Below, piece by piece: positions 51,607 through 61,023 of a stretch of 64,000 nucleotides of DNA. The position numbers and the translations under genes are program-made. The stretch's first letter is position 1. Each line of letters opens with the position of its first letter. This DNA is from Candidatus Marinacidobacterales bacterium (GTDB lineage: Bacteria > Acidobacteriota > Vicinamibacteria > Marinacidobacterales > DATDRI01), in contig OZ244742.1 of the NCBI GenBank assembly GCA_965219415.1, positions 320,001-384,000 on the forward strand. Direction: 5' to 3'. The notes under the pieces are model-generated. The model was not told the DNA's origin, ran no database searches, and saw only the letters and a list, made by a program, of their open reading frames with translations.

Positions 51607-52608
51607 CTACGTGCTCGAAACCACGCGCGTCAGTTTCTCGGCGTAGTCCTCGAGATGCAGGCCATTGACCTCTTCCAGTTTGTCGATCCACTCTACCGGA
51701 AACGCGTTTACACCGGTAATCGCGCCACACATGCCGCCCACGATGCTGGCCGTAGTGTCGCAGTCCCCTCCCAAATTAGTAGCCAGGCGAATGGCCTCCA
51801 CCGGTTCTCCGTTCGCGAGCTTCAGCATCGCGAGGCAGACCGGTACGGTCTCGGTCGTTGCCACCCCAGCGCCCACGACATCGTAGAGCTCGTTCATTAC
51901 CGCTTCGCGATCCGTGGAGCCTTCGACGGTTGCGAGCGCCCGCTCGGTACGCTTGACGATCGAGGCCCCATACCAGGCGCGGCCCTTGCTGCTGCCAAGC
52001 TCCGCCGCCTCTAGCGCTCGCGATATCAACTCGTCCACGTTCGTGATCCCGGCGATGCCGCAGCCGATGACCATAGCCACGGCGCTCGCACCCGCGATAG
52101 CGATGTTCGTGTAGTGGGTCGGCATGCAGGCATCCGCCACCGCATCAACGGTTTTGCCGAGATCCCCTCCCCCATAGATCCCCACCGAGGAGACTCTCAT
52201 GGAAGCACCGTTGGTATCGCCCGTGACACCGGACTCTTCGATGGGTACGCCCTGACGCAGTCGGTGCAGCGCCCTCAACGAGCTCGGTCCAACGATCAAC
52301 CCCTCGAAAGCCCCCATCTCCTCCGCCCACTTCATCAATCTAGCGGCGATATCGTGCGGGTCGACCCTTCCCTTTTGAATGATGGAGTCGGCAATCAGTA
52401 GCGTGTGTTGGGTATCGTCGGTGATTTGTCCGGCCACCATGCGGTCATGAATGACGTGTCCCTCGGGCGCCGGCAGGAAATCCTCTATATACTCCCCGAA
52501 CGTCTCCCTGATGGTCTCCCGGCTCATGAGAGAAGTGGGCATGCCCATCGCGTCCCCGGCAGCGACACCGACTAGGCAGCCATGGATGTGTTCCATTAAA
52601 CTCGCCAT
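51607..52608 (-). CDS. ADP-ribosylglycohydrolase family protein
   Basis: G.A.GDAMG.P, TDDT, NGASMR, H and GGDCDT..SI.G motifs. No signal peptide. Confidence 0.92.
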   Translation of the reverse strand: MASLMEHIHGCLVGVAAGDAMGMPTSLMSRETIRETFGEYIEDFLPAPEGHVIHDRMVAGQITDDTQHTLLIADSIIQKGRVDPHDIAARLMKWAEEMGAFEGLIVGPSSLRALHRLRQGVPIEESGVTGDTNGASMRVSSVGIYGGGDLGKTVDAVADACMPTHYTNIAIAGASAVAMVIGCGIAGITNVDELISRALEAAELGSSKGRAWYGASIVKRTERALATVEGSTDREAVMNELYDVVGAGVATTETVPVCLAMLKLANGEPVEAIRLATNLGGDCDTTASIVGGMCGAITGVNAFPVEWIDKLEEVNGLHLEDYAEKLTRVVSST

Positions 52609-52687
52609 GGTTCCAGAGGATACCACGGCGGTCCCGGTCGTAAACGCGGCTCGCCGATGACAAGACACTAGTTGGAGGGTGATGCAC

Positions 52688-54204
52688 ATGTTGGGTATGG
52701 CGTTCAAGCTCATGATCGCGTTCTCCGGAGGCGTTGCGGCTGCGCTTCAGGCGACGCTGGCCAGTCTTATGGACAGCGCGTGGGTTCGATGGCCAGCGTG
52801 CTAGTCATTCATATCGGTGGGACCCTCCTCGCCGGTGCGCTGCTGCTCGGCCAGGGGGTTGTGACTTCAAGTTTGAAGCGCACCATTCGTTAGAGCCCAT
52901 GGAAACGTTCCTCCGGTGTGCGGTAGCCGAGTCTCTTGCGGGGCCGTGAGTTGAGCTTGTTTGCGATACGATCGCAGTCGCGTTGCGTGAGCGCTGCTTG
53001 GCTGGTGCGCTTCGGCAGGTATTGTCGTAGCAGGCCATTGAAGTTCTCGTTGCTGCCTCTCTCCCATGAGTGATAGGGAGTCGCGAAGTAGAACTTGACG
53101 CCGGTCGCTTCCTCGACGGATTCGTAGTCGTGGAACTCCGTACCATTGTCCGCGGTGATCGTCTTGACCTGCTCCGGCACCCGCCGGAGCAACATCTTCG
53201 TTCGCTGACTAGTGCTGAACATGGTGCGGTCGGACAGCTTGCCGATCAGCGCATAGCCCGTCTTTCGTTCCACGAGCGTGGTTACGCAGTCCGGCGCGCC
53301 TTTTCCTACCACGGTGTCGATCTCCCAGTGGCCAACGGCACTGCGCTTGTCGACACAAGGCGGCCGCTCGGAGATATGACGCTTCCCGGCCAGGTGGCCT
53401 CGGCTGTCATAGCTGTTGTGGCGCTTGCGTCTAAGTTTGGGCGAGCATCGAAGGTGGCGGTATAGATGTCCTCCGGCCTCCTTGTCCCGCCAGACGTGGG
53501 TGTAGATCGTCTCGTGGCTGATCGAGAGCTCGCCGTGAAGGCGCAGGTGGCCGGAGATCTGCTCTGGGCTTCAGTCAGCCTTAAGCTTCTTCTCCACCAG
53601 GGCAAAGTCGGCCTTTGTGAAGTACTGGTTCCGGCGAGACCGCGATCGTCGTCCGTTCGTTTTCTCGATGGCCTTGCTCGGCCGGTAGCATCCATCACTA
53701 CGTGAGCTGTTCCTCCTGACCTCTCTCGAGATTGTGCTCCGGTGGCGCCCCAGGCGCCGCGCAATCTCGGCCGAGCAAAATCCCTCCCGTCGCAGCGCCG
53801 CGATGGTGTATCGTTCTTCCGAGGTGATCTGGTAATAAGTCATTAGCGAGTCCCCATTCTTGGTTGTTTGAGGAATCGTGGCACATCCCAGGTCACCTCA
53901 TCCGGGAGCTGTGTTGCACTTACTTTATGAATTCGCGGGTAGCAACATCGCTCAGTGGCGTACGGTACCCTGGTATGCGCTAGGGGCAGGCACGCTCGGC
54001 GTCGGCATACTGAGCGCGATCAACTACGCGATCCCGCGCCTCGGTGTAGGGACGACCATTACTCTCTTTGTTACCGCGCAGCTCATGGTGGGGGCGGTGG
54101 TCGATCACTTCGGGTTGTTCGGCACCGACGTTCGTTCGTTCGATGTACTGCGCACCGGTGGGATCGCTGCGCTCCTTCTTGGTACCTGGCTGATGGTGCG
54201 GTAG
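52688..54204 (+). pseudogene. DMT family (YdcZ-like) transporter interrupted by IS30
   Basis: The N-half (GGVAAALQ...) is at 52688-52859 and also has a frameshift near 52775. The C-half (PWY..G.G.LG...PRLG...AQL.....DHFG.FG) starts at 53938. Confidence 0.82.
52860..53937 (-). mobile_element. IS30-family insertion sequence with a nonsense-mutated transposase
   Basis: IRs TGTGACTTCAAGTTTGAAGCGCACCA and CGCGAATTCATAAAGTAAGTGCAACA, flanked by GGT/GGT. Transposase 53843-52890 (HRSTISRE, ISHETIY, HWEIDT, DNGTEF, NENFNGLLRQYLPK) has a TGA at the usual W of WSPEQ. Confidence 0.9.
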
Positions 54205-54225
54205 CGCGACTGTCCGACGAGCGTC

Positions 54226-55038
54226 CTAGGCGAGCCTTCCAATCTCCGTCACGGGAACGCTCAATCCTCGAGCGACCGACGCGCTCTCCTCGGCGGAGAC
54301 TGATAAGAGTGCGCAGGTAGAAGGGCCTGCCGATTTATCTACGTCCAACCGCGGGTCGGGAATCGTAACGAACTCTAGGCCAGCCAAGCTCGCCAACTCG
54401 CGCGCCTCATACGAAACTCCCTGCGAACCCACGGGTAGAAGGTCGTGAACACCCTCCAGCCGCAATAAGTCTCGTATCTGCGACAGCCGTACAATCTCCC
54501 TGTCATCCAAAGTTATGTCATCGTTGGGCGCCGACTTGGGCAAACCGACGCACAGCACTCTATCCCCAGCCCTAGCGCTTCCGGGACGAAAGTCATTCTG
54601 ATGGACGAGACCTAGAACCGTCGTTGCGACTCCGGTCGAATCGGTGGGCACGTTGTCCTCGGTGCTTCCGGACAATGGGAAGTCGGCTCCCAGCCCGGCT
54701 TCCGCTAGCTCGTCACGCACACCGCGGACAATCTCTTTCCCGAGCTCGTCCATCGGGACCGTCAACATGTCGAATGCTGCGATGGGAGTCGCACCACACG
54801 AGATAATTTCCATGAGAGGAACTCTCATCGCGAATCGCCCCAACACGTACTCGGGCACCCGCACCAAATCGTGCGCACGAGATCCGATTCCTCCGTCGGA
54901 GTCCACGGCAACCACCAGCGAGAGCTGCCCGCCCAGGTCGATCCTCGTAAGGTCTCGAATCCGTTCGCAGGTGAACCCGCCGTCTCTTTGTTTGGCTTGG
55001 GCATATAGACCCGCCAACGAGACTTCTGAGTCAGACAT
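54226..55038 (-). CDS. AIR-synthase (PurM)-fold protein resembling alpha-ribazole kinase CblS
   Basis: RDLT...DS.GGIG...D.V...RV.LME...GA.P...GSTEDN.PT..TG...TV.G and PVGS.G..E...D..KSAGPST motifs. Confidence 0.72.
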   Translation of the reverse strand: MSDSEVSLAGLYAQAKQRDGGFTCERIRDLTRIDLGGQLSLVVAVDSDGGIGSRAHDLVRVPEYVLGRFAMRVPLMEIISCGATPIAAFDMLTVPMDELGKEIVRGVRDELAEAGLGADFPLSGSTEDNVPTDSTGVATTVLGLVHQNDFRPGSARAGDRVLCVGLPKSAPNDDITLDDREIVRLSQIRDLLRLEGVHDLLPVGSQGVSYEARELASLAGLEFVTIPDPRLDVDKSAGPSTCALLSVSAEESASVARGLSVPVTEIGRLA

Positions 55039-55041
55039 TGT

Positions 55042-56493
55042 CTAAGGTGGCGGCGCCGCGACCTGCTGCCGGTAGCGCTCCATGGCCTCGGCACTCTTAT
55101 CGGTTTCGCCGAGCCGATCGTACGCTCCGGCCAGATTCAGACTATAGGTTGGATTCTCTGGATCGAGCGCCGCTGCCTTCTCGAAAGCAGCGATAGAACC
55201 CGCGTGATCGCGCGCCTCGCCCAGGATGACTCCCAGCGCATTGTAAAGACGGCTATTGTGCGGGCTAAGGGTCACCGCCCGCCGCACCGCCTCGAGGGAT
55301 CCGGCTAGGTCTCCCTTATCTCTGAGGAACAGTGACAACAAGTAGGGATACTCCGCCGCCCCTGGGGAAAGCTCGATGGCCCGCCGGATGTATGCGATAG
55401 CCACATCGACCTGTCCTAAGGAGCGGTGAGTCTTGGCGAGGTAGGAGTAGCCTTGGTGGCTCGTGGGATCGAGCTCGGTCATCTCCAGAAACGCCTCGAT
55501 CGCATCCTCCAAACGGTTCTCCTCCAGGAGCTGCCGTCCGGAGCCCAAGGCGGCGACGGCTCGCCTCACCCGCTCGTCCTTTCGCGCTTGCTCGTCCCTC
55601 TGGGACTTGAAACGGGTGAGGTACTTCTTCGCGTCCTCACTACGCCCCTCCCGGCTTAGGAGATTACCCAGGGCGTACGTGGCCTGCGACAGGTCCGGCG
55701 CTAGCTCGATCGCTTTCTCAAAAGCGGCTATCGCCTCATCTGGTCGCCCGAGCTTGGCCAATAGCGACCCGTACTCGTAATGGGTCAAGGCGTAGTTGGG
55801 ATCCAGCTCGAGCGACCTCCGGAGGCTAGTGAGGGCCTGCTCCATCGTCTGCGGAACCTGGGCTTCCAGACGCCCCTTGTGAAACCAGGCACGCGCATGG
55901 TCGGGCTTTCGCTTGATAACGCGATTGAAGAACTCCAGGGCTTCTTCTCTTTTTTTTTGACCGCTGAGGACTCCTCCCAAATAGTACAGTGCCTCCGTAT
56001 CCTGGGGGTGAATCTCCACGTAAGAGCGCAGAGCTTGGGTCGATTTCTCGAACTGCTCGCTCGCCAGGTACAGGTCCGCCAGCGAAAGGTAGGCTTCACC
56101 CGAGCCAGGATCCAGACGGATCGCAGCTTGGTAGGCCCGTTCCGCCTCGGCGAGATTTCCGAGCCCGAGAAAAATCTCACCCTGGAGAAGAGGGAAGAGC
56201 GCCTCCTCAGGATCGATGGCCAATGCCTGATTGACCGCCGCCAGAGCGTCGTTGAGCAGCCCTCTTTGGAAAAGTATCCACGCCAGGCTGTAGTGGACAC
56301 GGGGATGGTCCGGTCGCAGCCGGGCCGCCTCCTGGAAGGCGGCGGTGGCCTCCTCGAGCTGTCCCGCCCGCTCCGCGAGGACCGCCCGGGTGATGACTGC
56401 CTCGAAAGTGGGCTTCTCCTGCCCGACTCCGAAATGCGGTCCGAGAAAGATGAAAAGCCCCACCGGAACCGCCAGCGTCCGAAGCGAAGTCAT
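55042..56493 (-). CDS. Exported multi-TPR protein
   Basis: Signal-like N-terminus followed by many A...DP....A...LG repeats. Confidence 0.85.
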   Translation of the reverse strand: MTSLRTLAVPVGLFIFLGPHFGVGQEKPTFEAVITRAVLAERAGQLEEATAAFQEAARLRPDHPRVHYSLAWILFQRGLLNDALAAVNQALAIDPEEALFPLLQGEIFLGLGNLAEAERAYQAAIRLDPGSGEAYLSLADLYLASEQFEKSTQALRSYVEIHPQDTEALYYLGGVLSGQKKREEALEFFNRVIKRKPDHARAWFHKGRLEAQVPQTMEQALTSLRRSLELDPNYALTHYEYGSLLAKLGRPDEAIAAFEKAIELAPDLSQATYALGNLLSREGRSEDAKKYLTRFKSQRDEQARKDERVRRAVAALGSGRQLLEENRLEDAIEAFLEMTELDPTSHQGYSYLAKTHRSLGQVDVAIAYIRRAIELSPGAAEYPYLLSLFLRDKGDLAGSLEAVRRAVTLSPHNSRLYNALGVILGEARDHAGSIAAFEKAAALDPENPTYSLNLAGAYDRLGETDKSAEAMERYRQQVAAPPP

Positions 56494-56569
56494 AAGAAAC
56501 AAAAATGCCGGGGCCCTGAAGTTGGGCCGGCAAGGACATCTAATTAACACTCCTTGCCGCTCCAACTCT

Positions 56570-56659
56570 CCCTCTCCCCTTCCGCCTTCGCGAAAGCCTC
56601 GGCGGACCCGCCGAAGTCCTTGGACGTAGGCGGGCTGGGGAGAGGGATGGGGTGAGGGG
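56570..56659. repeat. Nested-hairpin REP-like element, copy 2
   Basis: Same architecture and mostly the same sequence as 14412-14509. Confidence 0.8.
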
Positions 56660-56718
56660 GGGTTGTCGTCATCCCCCTTGGGCCCCGGCGGTTACTCTAG
56701 CAGTTTCTATCGGCGGAT

Positions 56719-59682
56719 TCAGTTGCCGCCGGCGCCGAACCTCCATTTGATGCCGATCTGAGCTTCCCGCGATACTCCTAGGAACGTATCGCAGTTCACG
56801 GGATTCTTATTGGTGCGGCATTGTCCATAGGTTGGAGCAGCGAACAAGGTCGTTGTGGTGTTGAAGTTATCGTTGTTGAACAGATTGAAGATCTCGAACA
56901 ACAAGTCAAGCTCGCCCGCCTTCCCCAGATTGCCGGTCCACATCACGCGGAAGTCGACGTTGATGAAGTTGGGCTGACGCTCCGGAAACCGCGGTTGTAG
57001 GTTTCCGTTGGCGTCGACCGGTCGGTCGAACGTGTTCCCATCTCCGTTGACGTCGACGCTCTCAAACGCAGCGAGGGGGAGGCCCCTCCGGAACGTCCCG
57101 ATACCACTCAGAGTGACGCCCGCACCCACGTGCGTCGTTCCCTGAAAGACGAAACGATGCGTGATGTCGCGCTCATCGATCCCGAAGTCGTCTTCCAGGT
57201 TGTGCGCATCGGACGGTCCGAGCGTGATGCCGATGTCCCGCTCGATGTCTGCATTGGACTGATCTCGCGACCAGGTGTAGTGGGCCAGAAACTGTCTGCG
57301 GTCGCTGAAGGCCTTCTTCAGCGTGACGGTCACCGCCTTGTAGCGGGCCCGGCCCAGGCTGGAAAGCATGTCGGCCTGGAAGACGCTGCTCGATGGTCGG
57401 CCACGGCTGAAGACATCCACGCCCGTCGGCCGCCCGAACTCGTCCCTACCCGAAGGCGCGAACGTGTTCTGATCGAACGTCGTATTGAACCCTCCGACAC
57501 GAGCGTTGTCCGTCTTCGACCAGATGAAATCCACCCCCAGGGCCAGGTTGGGAACGAGCTCGTGCTCCACACCGGCGTTAATGTTCAGGACCCGGGGGTT
57601 GTTGAAGTCCTGGGCGACGAAGCCGTGCGACGATACCAGGCCCTCTGTTACGGGAATGGTGCTCGGGGGAACATCCGGAAAATTCGCACCGGGCGGCAAG
57701 GCGCCAAAGAAGAATCCCGTGCTGTCGCGGAACCCGCTACCGCCGGTGGGCATGAAGATGGTGGCCGTCCGGCCGTAGTAGAGTCCCGCCGCCCCGCGTA
57801 CCACGGTTCTCCCGTCGCCACTCGGGTCCCAGGAGATACCGAATCGAGGACCGAGGTTGTTGGTATCGTTGGCGATGGTTTGAGGTATCGGCATGAGTTC
57901 GTCCCCAGGAGCCTCGCGGACCATCCCGAACGAGCCGTCCGGGTTCCCGATGGGGAGCTTGGGATCGCCGTTGTATTGCGCTTCGTATCGCAAACCGTAG
58001 TTGATGGTCAGGTTGGGCGTGGGCTGCCACTTGTCCTGGATGAAAAGCCCCAGCTCGTGCGTCCAATAATTGTTGGTGGTGGCGGTGTCTTCATTGAAGG
58101 GCTCGAAGAACTGTCGGAATATGAACGCGAAAGGCTCGCGAGCCTGGAAGTCTTCCAGTGAGAGGAACCAATAGCTACCCCGCGACCAGCCGATGAAGGA
58201 GTTATTCGTAAGCTCGGTGGAGTTCCAATCGACGCCGAACTTCACGTCGTGGTTGCCGAAGAGATAGCTGAAGCTATCGGTGAGCTGGATCCGGTTGTTG
58301 TCGCCCACGATAGGAAGGAAAAACTCGCGACCAAAGCAACCGGCCAAGCAGGTATCGAGTATCTGCACTTCCGGCAAATCCGCCTTCGCTTCACGCGGCC
58401 TTACCTCGTGAATGTAATGGAACTTGAACTCGTTGAAGGCGCTGGTACCGATGACGCTGGTCAAGCTGGCCACCACCGAGGTCGCGGTGTTGTTGAAGTC
58501 CTCGAAGTTCTCCGCCGCCGCCGCCACGATGGACTGTCCGCGCCCGCCGGTGAAGTTGATGGTGTCGTTCTTGCTCCGGTTGTAGCGCACTGTCAACCGA
58601 TGGCCGCTGCTGATATCGAAGTCGACCTTAGCGAAGATGGTCAATAGATCTTGCACTTCAGGATTCGGTCCTTCGAAGTCAGCCAGGTTGGAGATCCCGT
58701 ACTCGGGGACCGCGATACCGTTGACGGGTCGCCGATATCGGGTAACGACGTTGTCATCCCTCTTCTGCGCATCGAAAGCGACGAAGTAGAACGCCTTGTC
58801 TTCCTTAATAGGCCCACCGATACCGGCACCGAACTGTTGTTGAGAGAAATCGTCGGACGGATTTCCGAAAGGGTCGTCGGTCTTCAACCCGGAATCACGG
58901 AAGAACGCGAACGCCCCGCCCCTGACGTCGTTGGTCCCCGACTTCGTGACCACGTTGACCATGCCCCCGGTCGAGCGGCCGAACTCGGCGGTGAATCCGT
59001 TGGTCAAGACTTGGAACTCCTGGACCGCCTCCTGCGAGATGGCGAAGTTCTTGGTCTCCAGAGATCCCGTGTACTCGGCGAAGAAGGGGTTGGTCATATC
59101 CGCACCGTCCACTTGGAGCCCCGAGTAGTCCCCCTGCTGGCCACCGATGCGGAGAGGGGAGCGGAGACCAGGAGTCACGTCCACGCGAGGTGACAGGAGC
59201 GCGAAGCCACGAAAGTCCCGCCCGTTGATGGGCAGCGTGTCGATGGCCTCCTGGTTGAGGGTGGTACTTGCCACCGCTCGTGAAGTTTCCACGATCGGGG
59301 TATCGGCGGTGACGGTGATAGCTTCCGTCACACTCGCAAGCGGTAGTGTCAGATCGATGACCGGGGCAGATCCGATGGTCACCACCACACCCTCTCGGGT
59401 CAACGTGGCAAAGCCGGATAGCGCCGCTTCGATGCGGTAGGGCCCGACCGGTAGCAATGGGGCCCTATAGCGACCCCCATTGTCGCTCGCGACGACACGC
59501 GTTAGTCCGCTCCTCAAGTGAGTGATCGTGATCGTCACACCGGGAAGGAAGGCGCCCGTCTCGTCTCGCACTGTTCCGGTGAGCTCGCCTCGGTCGAGGG
59601 TCTGCGCGAAGCCGGTCGTCGTTCCGAGAACGAGAGTGAGAACCGTCAGGAACAATTTAAAAGAATTCCTGTTCTTAGACAT
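56719..59682 (-). CDS. TonB-dependent receptor with N-terminal carboxypeptidase-regulatory-like domain (Oar-like)
   Basis: Signal peptide, G.V.D.TGA.LPG, LPINGRDF, AEFGR..G..VN.VTKSGTN, QDKW....LT.NYGLRYE and FNLFN motifs. Confidence 0.92.
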   Translation of the reverse strand: MSKNRNSFKLFLTVLTLVLGTTTGFAQTLDRGELTGTVRDETGAFLPGVTITITHLRSGLTRVVASDNGGRYRAPLLPVGPYRIEAALSGFATLTREGVVVTIGSAPVIDLTLPLASVTEAITVTADTPIVETSRAVASTTLNQEAIDTLPINGRDFRGFALLSPRVDVTPGLRSPLRIGGQQGDYSGLQVDGADMTNPFFAEYTGSLETKNFAISQEAVQEFQVLTNGFTAEFGRSTGGMVNVVTKSGTNDVRGGAFAFFRDSGLKTDDPFGNPSDDFSQQQFGAGIGGPIKEDKAFYFVAFDAQKRDDNVVTRYRRPVNGIAVPEYGISNLADFEGPNPEVQDLLTIFAKVDFDISSGHRLTVRYNRSKNDTINFTGGRGQSIVAAAAENFEDFNNTATSVVASLTSVIGTSAFNEFKFHYIHEVRPREAKADLPEVQILDTCLAGCFGREFFLPIVGDNNRIQLTDSFSYLFGNHDVKFGVDWNSTELTNNSFIGWSRGSYWFLSLEDFQAREPFAFIFRQFFEPFNEDTATTNNYWTHELGLFIQDKWQPTPNLTINYGLRYEAQYNGDPKLPIGNPDGSFGMVREAPGDELMPIPQTIANDTNNLGPRFGISWDPSGDGRTVVRGAAGLYYGRTATIFMPTGGSGFRDSTGFFFGALPPGANFPDVPPSTIPVTEGLVSSHGFVAQDFNNPRVLNINAGVEHELVPNLALGVDFIWSKTDNARVGGFNTTFDQNTFAPSGRDEFGRPTGVDVFSRGRPSSSVFQADMLSSLGRARYKAVTVTLKKAFSDRRQFLAHYTWSRDQSNADIERDIGITLGPSDAHNLEDDFGIDERDITHRFVFQGTTHVGAGVTLSGIGTFRRGLPLAAFESVDVNGDGNTFDRPVDANGNLQPRFPERQPNFINVDFRVMWTGNLGKAGELDLLFEIFNLFNNDNFNTTTTLFAAPTYGQCRTNKNPVNCDTFLGVSREAQIGIKWRFGAGGN

Positions 59683-59875
59683 TTGGCCTCCGTCGGGCCC
59701 ACAGTATCTCGGCCAATTGGAGAAACGTCGTGAGGGCCGACACAGATTCCCCCGTTATTCGCTGAAGCGGGAGGATTGTAGCTAGTCGGCCTCCCGCCTG
59801 TCAATTCCAAACTGCACCAGAAGACCACTATCAGGGGGCTTGATATCAAGGTATGTCGTCCCATAGACTCGGCGC

Positions 59876-60947
59876 ATGATCAGAGCGGCAACACTTCTAG
59901 TTGGCTTGTATTCTGTATTCTTTGCAGCACAGGGTACCGCCCAGGAGTCTTCGGAGCGCCTCAAGGTCATCGTGGACACCGACCTCGGCTTCGCCAGCGA
60001 CGATGCCATGGCCTTGCTCATTCTCCTGCAGTCAGAGAAGGTCGATCTCCTCGGCGTCACCGTCGTCACCGGCAATGACTGGCTGCGACAAGAGGTAGCG
60101 AACGCATTGAGGCTACTGGAGATCGCCGGTCGCCCGGACGTCCCCGTCTTCGCCGGCGCGGAAAGACCTCTCCTCAATACCCAGGAAGAAACGAAACGAC
60201 GAGAGGCCCTCTTCGGCGAAACCAGCGATGGCGGTTATAAGGGAGCCTGGCGGGAAGAGGGGCCGGGCCCACGAGACGTCAGCCCGCCGGAAGTTCGCGG
60301 AAAAGAAAGCGGAATCTTCCCACGCCGTCAACTTCATCCTCGAAACCATCCATCGGCATCCGGGAGAAGTGGTGCTCGCCGCCATCGGGCCTTTGACCAA
60401 CGTCGCACTCGCGTTGGCAAAGGACCCCACCATCGCTAGCCTGGCGAAGGAGATTATTATTATGGGGGGCGGCATAGGGACGCTCCCCGAGTTCAACTTC
60501 TGGATGGATCCGGAAGCTGCGCGGATGGTTCTCCGAGCTCCCTGGCAGAAAGTCAGCATAGCTCCCTTGAACATCTGCGAGCAAGCTCCGTTTACGCGGG
60601 ACGTCGCAACGGCGGCGGCGGATGGAGATTCTCCTATCTCCGGTTACTTCGCCGATACGTCCCTCTCGCGGTCCGAGCATGCCGCCTCGCCACTCATGTA
60701 TGACCAAATCGCGGTGCTCGCCTTGATCGAGCCGGGGGTCATTGCGCGTTCCGAGGAGATGCCTGTCGACATCGAGATCGACCACGACGCCTCTTACGGG
60801 GCGATGCTCTATTGGGATGACCGGCGCAAACCACCGGCAGGCGTGCGCAACGCGACGGTACAGCTCGATCTGGACTACCCCCGTTTCATCCAGGCTTTCC
60901 TCGAACTGATGAAACGTCCGGCAGCCCCGCCGCCGTCGACGCGCTAG
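59876..60947 (+). CDS. Exported nucleoside hydrolase 1, frameshift near 60295
   Basis: Signal peptide, DTDLGFASDD, GPLTNVA, IMGG, EFNFWMDPEAA and MYD motifs. Confidence 0.88.
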
Positions 60948-61023
60948 TCCTTTTTCAGACTCTTTGTGCTAGAGTGCTCGAATCTTCGTCTGGTCTCGCA
61001 GCCGCGAGAAAGGGGAACGGAAA

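Noticed and set aside
53571-53573. TGA at a conserved Trp of the IS30 transposase, suggesting genetic code 4
   Set aside because: Many intact genes here end at TGA (glpX, fadE, mnmA) and use TGG for Trp, so a nonsense mutation is simpler.
59683-59875. Cobalamin riboswitch upstream of the TBDR
   Set aside because: No B12-box or GGGAA..GGTG..CC..ACTGT/GCCACTG pattern was seen on either strand.
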